Shown: one piece after another, positions 39,478-48,749 of the stretch | Layout of the letters: each line of letters begins with the position of its first letter | Position numbering within the stretch: position 1 is the first letter of the stretch | Source: Patescibacteria group bacterium | Lineage (GTDB): Bacteria; Patescibacteriota; Microgenomatia; UBA1400; PJMF01 | Assembly (NCBI GenBank): GCA_039934415.1 | Contig: JBDTME010000001.1 | Span: forward strand, 137,417 to 201,416 | Direction of reading: 5' to 3' | Length of the DNA: 64,000 nt | Notes under the pieces: generated by a model | Database searches by the model: none | What the model was told of the DNA's origin: nothing | Seen by the model: only the letters and a program-made list of their open reading frames with translations | Position numbers and translations under genes: made by a program

Positions 39478-40884
39478 TTAAAATTGAAAATAAATAAAAG
39501 CTATTGATCTTTTCACCATTGAAAAGGAAATACTGAAAAAAAGTAGACAACTAAAGAAAATCAATTTCCATACATTGGGTTGAATTGCTTTTAAATTCTT
39601 TTCTTTAATGCATATGATCCAAAATACACCGATTAACCAGGCTGGGATTGTAGCAAATAATATATTTTGGGTTATATCCTCAAGAGGAAAGAAAGTCCAA
39701 GTTGTCATGGCATGGAAAACCAGTTTGGCTTCAGAAAGTGTTTTAAATTTAAAGATTACCCAGAGACTAGACACCAGTATAAATGTCAAAATTTGACGAA
39801 TTCTTTTCGGTAACTTTGCAATAATATTTTGAGGGAGAATTCTTTCTGTTACTAAAAAACAGCCATGAAGTGTCCCCCATACTATATAGTTCCATCCAGC
39901 TCCATGCCAAAGACCAGCTAAAATCATTGTTATAAGTAAATTTAGGTTCGTTCGTATCTCTCCTTTTCTGTTTCCTCCCAATGGGATGTAAATATAGTCT
40001 CTTATCCAAAGAGAAAGTGAAATATTCCACTTTTGCCAAAAATCAGTTATTGAAACAGATGTATATGGTGAGTCAAAATTATCAGGAAAATGAAAACCAA
40101 AGAAAGAAGCTATCCCAATAGCCATTAGAGAGTAACCCAAAAAATCAAAGTACAACCGTAAACTAAAGCTAAGTGTGATAATAACAGCCTTCAGTGTATC
40201 AAGTTGGGTGATTAGGGTATCTAGATGCTCTTCTAATGGAAAAAGCTGATCAGCAATAAATGTTTTTAAAAATAAGCCCACAGAAAAAAACACTAATCCT
40301 CGAAAAAAACTTTGATAATCTACATATCTTTTTTTTATTTCTTGAAATATTTCTGAATACCTCACAATTGGTCCAGCTATTAGGTGAGGAAAAAGAAGTG
40401 CATACACAGTATAGTGAAAAAAATTAGTTGATGCCTTTATTTTTTTCTTATACACGTCTGTTAAATAGCTGATTCGTTGGAAAGTGATAAAGGAGATGCC
40501 TACCGGTAGAAAAATTTCAGTTGTTGAGAGTTTAGCAAGGAAAGTATTAGGGACAAGTAGAAATAGCTGACCGCTTAAGAAGTGTGTGTACTTAAAGTAT
40601 CCCAGTAATCCTAGGTTAGTAACAACACCCATTAGAAAAAACATTTTTCTTGAGTTTAAGTTTCTTGTTTTTCCAATTAACTGAGCAAGACAAAAATCAA
40701 AAAAAACTGGAATGAGTAAAACTTCTATGTTGTTCATCCCAAAACTGAGATAGAAAAGCAGACTGCCTATAATCAGAATTAAGTTAGATAAACGAGCTAA
40801 TCTGGGGGTACTTTGTGTAACTAGATATATTGCTAATAAAATTGGGAAAAAATAAATTAAAAAAAAATAATCTGAGAAATTCAT
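39478..40884 (-). CDS. MBOAT O-acyltransferase, AlgI/DltB/PatA-like
   Basis: LPVGISFITFQRISY, FPHLIAGPIVR, NFDSPY, FWQKWNISLS and GLWHGA motifs. Confidence 0.93.
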   Translation of the reverse strand: MNFSDYFFLIYFFPILLAIYLVTQSTPRLARLSNLILIIGSLLFYLSFGMNNIEVLLIPVFFDFCLAQLIGKTRNLNSRKMFFLMGVVTNLGLLGYFKYTHFLSGQLFLLVPNTFLAKLSTTEIFLPVGISFITFQRISYLTDVYKKKIKASTNFFHYTVYALLFPHLIAGPIVRYSEIFQEIKKRYVDYQSFFRGLVFFSVGLFLKTFIADQLFPLEEHLDTLITQLDTLKAVIITLSFSLRLYFDFLGYSLMAIGIASFFGFHFPDNFDSPYTSVSITDFWQKWNISLSLWIRDYIYIPLGGNRKGEIRTNLNLLITMILAGLWHGAGWNYIVWGTLHGCFLVTERILPQNIIAKLPKRIRQILTFILVSSLWVIFKFKTLSEAKLVFHAMTTWTFFPLEDITQNILFATIPAWLIGVFWIICIKEKNLKAIQPNVWKLIFFSCLLFFSISFSMVKRSIAFIYFQF

Positions 40885-41217
40885 AAAATTCGAATTAACG
40901 TTAGAAGTTAGTATATAGCATGTTTTAGCAGGCTTGCCGTGCTATAAAAGTCAAAATCAATGTCACGGTAATACCTGATATTTCAGTATAATATCACGAC
41001 AAATCATATTTGTTTTGAAAACGCTTAAAATGTAAGCTTGTATGAAGCAGAACACTTTTTTTAGAGATAAATGAAAATAGTGTTTATTCTCGAATTAGTA
41101 CTTGTAGGAGCTCCATGAGCTTTACTTAGATAAAGAACATGGGTATTATATGACAGAAAGAAATATGAAGATGTTGCGGTATTTAATGATCATTTAAATA
41201 TATATTGTTAAGCATAT
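40885..41217. promoter_or_regulatory. Largest intergenic region (333 bp); divergent promoters and short inverted repeats
   Basis: TATAGCA (40914-40920)/TGCTATA (40940-40946) inverted pair; TGATATT-N7-AATATCA (40976-40996) overlapping TATAAT at 40987-40992. Confidence 0.45.
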
Positions 41218-42204
41218 ATGAAACACATTGATAACCAAAAGGTTTTAGTGACAGGTGGAACTGGCTCCTGGGGAAATGAACTGGTTACTCAATTACTGAA
41301 CATGAAACCAGGTCCAGCTCAAATTAGAATCTATTCTAGAGGTGAACACAAACAGGTTGAGATGAAAGCTCGATTCAATAATCCGAAACTAAAGTTCATT
41401 ATTGGTGACGTGCGCGATAAGAATATTTTGAATTTTTCAATGAAAGGTGTTGATACAGTCTTTCATTTAGCGGCTTTAAAACATGTGCCGGTTTGTGAAG
41501 ATAACCCTTGGGAAGCAGTTTTAACTAATGTGTACGGAACGCAAAACGTTATTGAGACTGCCATTGATAACAAAGTAAAAGTAGTTGTAGATGTTTCAAC
41601 AGACAAAGCAGTCGATCCCTATAATTTATATGGTGTCGCAAAAGCCTGTGGAGAGAAATTGATTATCAATGCAAACAAACTTTCTGACTCGACGCAGTTT
41701 GTTTGTATTAGAGGTGGAAACGTGATTGGAACAAATGGTAGCGTTATCCCTCTCTTTAAGAAACAGATCTTAGAAGATAATCAAATTACAGTGACAGATG
41801 CTTCTATGACTCGTTACTTAATGAGTACAAAACAAGCAATCCATCTAATTTTTCAAGCCATTCAAAAACATACCGGTGGAGAAATATTTGTGTTAAATAT
41901 GCCCGGCACTACTGTCGACATCATTGCTAAAAGTATGATTGAACTTTTTGGGAATAAGAAGACAAAAGTTAAAGTGATTGGTGCCCGTCAAGGGGAAAAG
42001 AAGCATGAGGTGCTTATTTCTAAAAACGAAGCTGTATTTACTGAAGACACGAATGATTCTTTCTACACAATTCACCCAAGTTTTAAAAAAGTAGTGATAA
42101 AGAAACCGTTCAATCTTGAGGAATTTTCTTCTCTAAACACGAAACAACTTTCACAAACAGAACTTATCAATATGTTAAAAAAAGAAAATTGGTTGTTTTT
42201 ATAA
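41218..42204 (+). CDS. UDP-GlcNAc 4,6-dehydratase (PseB/FlaA1-like)
   Basis: TGGTGSWG, HLAALKHVP, STDKAVDP, YGVAK, RGGNVIGTNGSVIP and GEKKHE motifs. Confidence 0.88.
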   Translation: MKHIDNQKVLVTGGTGSWGNELVTQLLNMKPGPAQIRIYSRGEHKQVEMKARFNNPKLKFIIGDVRDKNILNFSMKGVDTVFHLAALKHVPVCEDNPWEAVLTNVYGTQNVIETAIDNKVKVVVDVSTDKAVDPYNLYGVAKACGEKLIINANKLSDSTQFVCIRGGNVIGTNGSVIPLFKKQILEDNQITVTDASMTRYLMSTKQAIHLIFQAIQKHTGGEIFVLNMPGTTVDIIAKSMIELFGNKKTKVKVIGARQGEKKHEVLISKNEAVFTEDTNDSFYTIHPSFKKVVIKKPFNLEEFSSLNTKQLSQTELINMLKKENWLFL

Positions 42205-42213
42205 GGCTTCTTC

Positions 42214-43326
42214 ATGTCCTTTTTTTTGCTTTCTCATGTCATGTTTCAAAAAGGTGTCCCAATCTACGGTCCAGTACAAGTATTGGAACGATATTTAAAA
42301 GAACAGCGTGTATCAATTTCAACTGCATACTCGCCTCTTTTTCTTGAAGGCAAGTATATTCAAACTGGAAAAGTGAATAAGAAATTTTCAAAGCACTTCT
42401 CTAACATGATTGTAAAATATTTTTTTGATGTTCAATTTGCATTTCTCTTTTTATTGAAAAACAAACCTAAAAAAAATGATGTGGTGATTGCAGTTGATCC
42501 ACTAAACTGTGTAAGTGCCGTTATCTTAAGAGTTCTATTTAGGTTTACGCTCATTTATTACACTGCTGATTATTCAGACTCCCGCTTTCCGAGTGAAATC
42601 ATGAATCAAATCTATCATTGGTTAGACCAATTCTGTCTGAATAACTCTGATCAAAATTGGTGTGTGTCGGATCGAATTGTAGAAAAAAGAAAACAACAGA
42701 GAACGAAAACACCAGTCCACTTTGTTCCAAATACACCAATTCTTCCTGACGAGGTATCAAAAACACAGAAAGAGTCATCAAAGAATAAACTCTTATATGT
42801 TGGAAGTATGGATCAACACATGAATGTGCTAACTGTACTTGATGCAGTTAAAAAACTTTCTAAAACAAATAAAAGGATTCAATTGACATTGATTGGTGGT
42901 GGATTACTTGAACATCAAATTAAAGAACAGATTAAAAAAGAGAAAATGGAAAAAATTGTAGAATATTTTGGTCCACAGAAAAACAGTATTGTCATTGAAC
43001 AAATCAAAAAATCAGGAATTGGATTGGCCTTATATAGTGGTGGGAAACTTTGGAATAAATACGGAGATTCAATGAAAATTAGGGAATATCAGTATTTTGG
43101 CTTACCAGTAGTAACAACAGAAGTACCATCTAATGCAAAAGAGGTTGAAAAGATGGATTGTGGTATTGTATTAACAAGCAAACAACTTTCCGCTATGGTG
43201 ATTTGTTCAGCGGTGACAAAGATTCAAAAGAACTTTCTAGATTATTCTAAAAACACACATCTGCTGATGCAACAAAGACAGAAACACAAAATTTTAACAG
43301 ATTTGCTTAAGCCGTATCTTTCTTAA
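42214..43326 (+). CDS. GT4-type (GT-B) glycosyltransferase
   Basis: YYTADY, LLYVGS and KIREYQYFGLPVVTT motifs. Confidence 0.75.
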   Translation: MSFFLLSHVMFQKGVPIYGPVQVLERYLKEQRVSISTAYSPLFLEGKYIQTGKVNKKFSKHFSNMIVKYFFDVQFAFLFLLKNKPKKNDVVIAVDPLNCVSAVILRVLFRFTLIYYTADYSDSRFPSEIMNQIYHWLDQFCLNNSDQNWCVSDRIVEKRKQQRTKTPVHFVPNTPILPDEVSKTQKESSKNKLLYVGSMDQHMNVLTVLDAVKKLSKTNKRIQLTLIGGGLLEHQIKEQIKKEKMEKIVEYFGPQKNSIVIEQIKKSGIGLALYSGGKLWNKYGDSMKIREYQYFGLPVVTTEVPSNAKEVEKMDCGIVLTSKQLSAMVICSAVTKIQKNFLDYSKNTHLLMQQRQKHKILTDLLKPYLS

Positions 43327-43338
43327 TTTGGACAATGT

Positions 43339-44292
43339 ATGACAGAAATAAACAACAGAGTGTTAATTACAGGCGGAACTGGTTTGTTAGGAACACATTT
43401 AATCCTTTCAAAACCTGAGAGCTGTTCAGTTTTCGCAAGCGTTCATCATTATAAAAATGTAATCGATGTGAAGAATTTAGAATATGTGGAGTTAGATGTC
43501 GCAAATCAGGCAGAAGTAGTAAAGGTTATTCAAGCAATTAAGCCAGCATTCATATTTCATACGGCAGCACATGGACGTGTGGATTTTTGTGAGTCCCATC
43601 CTGAAGAAGCACACGCTGTAAATTATGAAGCTACTCGTTTTATTGTAGATGCAGCTAATACTGTTGGTAGCCGGGTTATATTTTGTTCTACAAATATGAT
43701 TTTTGATGGTTTAGAAGCGCCTTATAATGAAAGTTCTCTTGTGACACCCCAAACGGTTTATGGAAAAACAAAGGTAAAAGCAGAAGTATATATCCGGGAA
43801 CATGCGAAGAATTACACAATTTTCCGATTGATGACCATGTATGGTTGGAACTGGCAACCTGAAAGAAAAAACATGATTTCTATGTCAATTGAAAAATTAA
43901 CAGCGAACCAGGATTTGTGGATGACCAATGATGTTTTTAATAACATGTTGTATGTAGCCGAGACTGCAAGAGTTTTCTGGAGTTCTATTCAATCAGAAAT
44001 AGCAAATCAGCAGACATATCACTTAGCAGGTAATGACTGTCTTAATAGATATGAAACTACTTTACAGGTGTGCAAAGTGTTTGAATTAAACAAAAAATTA
44101 GTTCATGAGGTCAGTTCGGATTACTTTAAAGGACAGGAAGTACCACGTTCACCTAATACTTGCTTTGATACATCGAAAATAGAAAGTAAATTTGAATACT
44201 CGCCTCTTTCTGTTATTGATGGCCTAATTGAGATGAAATCTGACCAACCAATGAGAAAAAGTTTAAATCGAAAGAACTATGAAGCAAGATAA
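43339..44292 (+). CDS. RmlD-like NDP-4-keto-6-deoxysugar reductase (SDR)
   Basis: TGGTGLLG, HTAA..VDFCE, STNMIFDG and YGKTK motifs. Confidence 0.85.
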   Translation: MTEINNRVLITGGTGLLGTHLILSKPESCSVFASVHHYKNVIDVKNLEYVELDVANQAEVVKVIQAIKPAFIFHTAAHGRVDFCESHPEEAHAVNYEATRFIVDAANTVGSRVIFCSTNMIFDGLEAPYNESSLVTPQTVYGKTKVKAEVYIREHAKNYTIFRLMTMYGWNWQPERKNMISMSIEKLTANQDLWMTNDVFNNMLYVAETARVFWSSIQSEIANQQTYHLAGNDCLNRYETTLQVCKVFELNKKLVHEVSSDYFKGQEVPRSPNTCFDTSKIESKFEYSPLSVIDGLIEMKSDQPMRKSLNRKNYEAR

Positions 44293-44959
44293 ACGTATTT
44301 TTCAAAAAGATTATTTTACTAAATATTACGAACCTATGACTGGAAAGTTTGGTCATCAGGATCTAGTTAGAAATAAGAATTGGTTCTATGGGTGGTTTAA
44401 CGCACTCCAAGAATGGTACAATTTTAAAGAAGGTAATGAGAAAAAAGTTTTGGAAATAGGTTGTTCAATCGGTGCTGCTTGTCAACTTCTTAGTGAGAGA
44501 GGATTTAAAGTTACAGGATCAGATATTAGTTCGTATGCGATTAAAGGTGCAAAAAAAGTTGTCCCTAAGGTCGCTTTCGAAGTGTTGGATATTGAAACTT
44601 CAAAGAAGTATCAAAATACATTTGATGTTATTTTTGCATTCGAAGTCATTGAACATCTGGGAGATTTAGATGCTGCATTTGCAAATATCTATCGAATGTT
44701 GAAAAAAGGTGGTGTGTTCATTGCATCTACGCCGTATCCTTATTCGTACGTGTTTATTGATAAAACGCACATAAATGTTCGTCATCCTCTAGATTGGATG
44801 CGACTCTTAAAACAACATAGGTTCAAGAACACTAAATGGAAACAAATAATGTTCATTCCATTTTTTTATCGTTACTCTCCTCTATTTCATTTTACATTAC
44901 CAATAGGGTTACCAACTCCATATGTGAACTCACCTATCTTTTTATATGGTAAAAAGTAA
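44279..44959 (+). CDS. Class I SAM-dependent methyltransferase
   Basis: VLEIGCSIG, GSDIS, FEVIEHL and LKKGG motifs. Confidence 0.9.
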   Translation: MKQDKRIFQKDYFTKYYEPMTGKFGHQDLVRNKNWFYGWFNALQEWYNFKEGNEKKVLEIGCSIGAACQLLSERGFKVTGSDISSYAIKGAKKVVPKVAFEVLDIETSKKYQNTFDVIFAFEVIEHLGDLDAAFANIYRMLKKGGVFIASTPYPYSYVFIDKTHINVRHPLDWMRLLKQHRFKNTKWKQIMFIPFFYRYSPLFHFTLPIGLPTPYVNSPIFLYGKK

Positions 44960-45010
44960 AATTAGTTTGAATATTCCAATCAATTACATTATCGTGTACT
45001 CTTTCTTCCA

Positions 45011-48000
45011 ATGAAAAAAAAATTCTTATTTTTAAATAAAAAAGAATTTCTCTCAGTTTTCATACTTCTTTGTATCTCACTTATGCCTTTTTCCTGGCTT
45101 CGAGGTGGATATACAGTACTTGGTCATGATTCAGGACTGCCAGTTTCACCAATAGCCCATTTTTCAGATCGACTCCAAACGTGGACTGATCGCTACGACG
45201 CTGGAGGTGATCAAACATTTGCACTTGGTGGTTTTTTCATACATGGCTTAGAAGCCCTTATTGCTCTAACCGGTTTTTCTTTGTCTACACAGCAAGCTAT
45301 TCAATTCAGTTTATACATCTTTTTAATTGGTGTGAGCATGTACTTTTTTTGTAAAATGAGTTGGGGAAGAGACAGTGAATTATTGGCAGTAAGTGCAGCA
45401 GTTTTTTACCAAATAAATCACTTTGTTTTGCAAGGGTGGTTTATTGCAGAGAGAACAAAGTTCTCGCTGTATATTGCACTGCCTCTATTATTGGTTTTAT
45501 TCTATAAACTCTTCACTTCGAAAGTCTCACCTATTAAAATTGGAATTTTGTCAGCGTTGGTCCTATTTTTCTTAAATGGTGGAGGGTTTCTCCCATTATT
45601 TGCAGGTGTATTCATTTCTCTTGGCGTATGGACATTAGTTCTTCTAAGAAGTACTGAACATTTCACCATAACTTTCAGAAAATTTTTGATATATTGTTTG
45701 ACTTTTTTTGTTTTCAATCTAATTCTGCAGTTATATTGGATTTTACCGTATGCAATTTATGTTAAAAATAATTTTCAAGCAGAAGTTAACCAGGCTGGAG
45801 GTACGGAGGGAGTAGTTAATTGGGTGTTATCAATTAGCCAAAACACCTCATATCTCAACCTGTTTAAGCTACAAGGAATTCAAGAGTGGTACGTAAATGA
45901 GCAACACCCATACGCAAAAATTTATTTTTCAAGTCGATTTTTAATGCTGTCAGCTTATATTTTTGTGTTTGTGCTAGTTTTTAACGCATTTAAGATTGCA
46001 AGAAACAAAAGAGTATTACAGTTAACCTGCTTAGCAACTGTGCTCGTCTCTATTTTCTTTATGGCAGGCTCTCATGCTCCATTTGGGGGCATATATTTGT
46101 GGATGATCAAACATGTACCAGGATTTATTGCTTTTAGAACACCTTATTATAAATTCGCACCTGCTTTTTTTGTAAGCTATGCGCCATTATTAGGATTTGC
46201 GATAGCTTCATTTTTTAAATTTAAGTTTGTCAAGCGTTTGCCTTATCTTTTAAAAGTGTTCATTCCAGTGGGACTTCTTTGTTTATATTTCTTTCCTTTT
46301 TTTACTATTAATTTTTTTCAGTACACAAATGAGCTTTCGACAAAAGTAAAAGTACCTCAGTATGTTTTTGAGTTCGCAAGTAGAAGTAACTCTGCGGAGT
46401 ACCCGTATAGACGAACTGCTTTGATACCAGGTAATAATCCAGAAAATTCAGTACACAGCTATACTTGGGGGTATTGGAGTTTGGCTTCATTAGAGTCACT
46501 CCTTGATCGACATGCATATATCACTCCTTCCTATGGTTTCACCTTAAATAAAAAAATGGTCGTAGACCTTTACGCAGCTTTAAGAAACAATGACCCTGTC
46601 TGGGAACAACTTGCTGATCATCTACAGATAGACAGTCTCCTCGTTCAAAAGGATTTTGTGCCTTACAAATATAAAGGAGTCGAAATATCCGCCGATTCTT
46701 ATGTTAAAGCAATTCAATCATCAGCCAGAGTGAAGCTGGAAGAAGATTTTGGTGAGTGGCAACTGTATAGTTTTGAGAAAAAGTTGTCACCTATCGCAGA
46801 TTCGTATGTGGAAGTACAAGATCAAACAGAACAGTTTGGAACCGCTAGTTTCGTGCATCAGTTGTTCAAGAATCCTAAAATAGTTTTTTCTGATAGGCCA
46901 ATGAATGACAATCTCATAACAAGGTCAGGATATGTAATCTTTCCGCAATGTCAGGATTGTCTTTTATTGAGAACACAAGTCTATTTTGCAAACCCTAACA
47001 TTATAGTGACCCCTGGTTCTACGCTTGAATCATTCAACTCATTATTTTTAGTTTTTTCAAAAAATAATCAAGCTTTGCCACCTGTCGATACTTTACAGTC
47101 ACTTTATGTTATTCAAGCTTCATTTAACAGAAAAGGTGAAAGTGGTGGTCGGATAGCGATCTGGCAGCGTTATACAACAGGTCTTGATTTATATCAGAAA
47201 GAGATTGATAAAACTTTGAAGAATTTTGATCGAACTACGACTCAGAATGCATTGTTGCAAGGATATTATAATAATCTGCTTTTTCAGTTATCAAACTTGA
47301 AAGATATCAGCAATTTGATAAATACAAAAGATGAAGCTGATATGTTTCTTTCAAACGTGAAAACAGTTAAAGAATTAATTGGCCGGATCGAGTCCCAGAT
47401 AGTCTCAACAAAAATCGTTCATTCAAATGTTTTTCTCGCAGATGTTCAAGAAAAAAACAATTTTTCTGTTTATGTTCATCAGCCATCATTGAACCAATAT
47501 AAATCCAATCTTCAAAACAAGATCACAGTACATTTTGATAATTCGGAACTATCTACACAAATTAATCCAAGCAGTGAGTGGGTGAAAGTAGGTACAGTTG
47601 AGCTCGATAAAGGTGGTCAAAAAATCACAGTCGATGACATTCCATTAGATAATAGTAGCTATTTCTCTGAACAGATAAGAAACGGTAGTGCATCACAAGA
47701 AGGACTTAGTGTTGAATTTGGTGCAACACAACCCTGCACCACCATGCCTATAGGTGAATTAACAGATAATAGATATAACTTATCTTTTGAAATAAAAAGT
47801 AACTTAGGGGAGGTCGAACCTTCTTTCCATATTGTAACTACTGATGATGTTTCTCCAGAGTTGCCTTTCTGGGGGGTAAAGCAAAAAGTTACAGACGGTT
47901 CTTGGAAAAAGATACTGCTACCTTTCGCTGGTTTATCTCATAAACAATATCTTTTCAAAATTTGTGATACAAGTGCGAAAGAGAACGCTGAACTTTCAAT

Positions 48001-48415
48001 CAGAAATCTCAACCTTGATCGAGCAGTCGAACCTTTAGTAGCGCTAGTTTCTGTTTCAGGCTCAGAACCTACTAACACTTTAACTCCGCTTATGACTTTC
48101 ACATCACAGAACAATACTCACTATGATATTAATATCCAGAACCCATATAAAGGTGTCTTGAGATTGCCACTCGCGTCAAATTCATATTGGAAACCTTCAG
48201 ACTCTTCCCTTGAAAATACACGTGTGGATGGGGCAATGTTGGGATACTATATTGACGAAAAAACTGAATCAGAGAATTTTACCATTTCATATGAGATTCA
48301 AAAATACTACGTTGCTGCATGGGTGATTTCAGTCTCAGGATTTATTGTAGCGATAATATATTTATTATTTAGTGTAATCAAAAATTATGCTGCAGAAGCA
48401 TCTACTAAACGTTAA
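45011..48415 (+). CDS. Very large GT-C-fold protein (AftD/DUF3367 arabinofuranosyltransferase-like) with extracytoplasmic domains and a C-terminal TM anchor
   Basis: GHDSG loop, YWILP, FRTPYYKF and VPQYV; ~550-aa soluble C-terminal region with helical and beta-rich parts; terminal TM helix. Confidence 0.65.
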   Translation: MKKKFLFLNKKEFLSVFILLCISLMPFSWLRGGYTVLGHDSGLPVSPIAHFSDRLQTWTDRYDAGGDQTFALGGFFIHGLEALIALTGFSLSTQQAIQFSLYIFLIGVSMYFFCKMSWGRDSELLAVSAAVFYQINHFVLQGWFIAERTKFSLYIALPLLLVLFYKLFTSKVSPIKIGILSALVLFFLNGGGFLPLFAGVFISLGVWTLVLLRSTEHFTITFRKFLIYCLTFFVFNLILQLYWILPYAIYVKNNFQAEVNQAGGTEGVVNWVLSISQNTSYLNLFKLQGIQEWYVNEQHPYAKIYFSSRFLMLSAYIFVFVLVFNAFKIARNKRVLQLTCLATVLVSIFFMAGSHAPFGGIYLWMIKHVPGFIAFRTPYYKFAPAFFVSYAPLLGFAIASFFKFKFVKRLPYLLKVFIPVGLLCLYFFPFFTINFFQYTNELSTKVKVPQYVFEFASRSNSAEYPYRRTALIPGNNPENSVHSYTWGYWSLASLESLLDRHAYITPSYGFTLNKKMVVDLYAALRNNDPVWEQLADHLQIDSLLVQKDFVPYKYKGVEISADSYVKAIQSSARVKLEEDFGEWQLYSFEKKLSPIADSYVEVQDQTEQFGTASFVHQLFKNPKIVFSDRPMNDNLITRSGYVIFPQCQDCLLLRTQVYFANPNIIVTPGSTLESFNSLFLVFSKNNQALPPVDTLQSLYVIQASFNRKGESGGRIAIWQRYTTGLDLYQKEIDKTLKNFDRTTTQNALLQGYYNNLLFQLSNLKDISNLINTKDEADMFLSNVKTVKELIGRIESQIVSTKIVHSNVFLADVQEKNNFSVYVHQPSLNQYKSNLQNKITVHFDNSELSTQINPSSEWVKVGTVELDKGGQKITVDDIPLDNSSYFSEQIRNGSASQEGLSVEFGATQPCTTMPIGELTDNRYNLSFEIKSNLGEVEPSFHIVTTDDVSPELPFWGVKQKVTDGSWKKILLPFAGLSHKQYLFKICDTSAKENAELSIRNLNLDRAVEPLVALVSVSGSEPTNTLTPLMTFTSQNNTHYDINIQNPYKGVLRLPLASNSYWKPSDSSLENTRVDGAMLGYYIDEKTESENFTISYEIQKYYVAAWVISVSGFIVAIIYLLFSVIKNYAAEASTKR

Positions 48416-48749
48416 TCACTGGTACAGAAAGAACTTTCCTTATCTGATACCAGTGTCATTCTTGGTGCTTATCTCCTTCATTTTAGACAGAATTCCATAC
48501 TTAAATCTCTTTGCAGGAATGCTCTCAACAGTTTTAATCTTTGTTTCATTATTGTCTTTATGGTTCATTACACTTCGGACTTTATTGTCTTTCAGGTTGA
48601 TGATACTGAGTCTTTTTGTTGTTTTTCTACTATTTGATTTTTTACACTTGAGTAACTATTCAGAGACACTTGGAAGTGTGTTTTACTTATTTATGTTTCT
48701 TTTTATAATCTATTCTGTATGGCAAAAAAAACAGTTGTTTTCATCTTAA
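48387..48749 (+). CDS. Small 4-TM membrane protein
   Basis: Hydrophobic (RIPYLNLF); overlaps both neighbours. Confidence 0.6.
   Translation: MLQKHLLNVNHWYRKNFPYLIPVSFLVLISFILDRIPYLNLFAGMLSTVLIFVSLLSLWFITLRTLLSFRLMILSLFVVFLLFDFLHLSNYSETLGSVFYLFMFLFIIYSVWQKKQLFSS

Noticed and set aside
26056-42204. Pseudaminic/legionaminic acid pathway
   Set aside because: Only dehydratase, aminotransferase and acetyltransferase-like steps are present; no nucleotidase, NeuB-type synthase or CMP-transferase is in the window.
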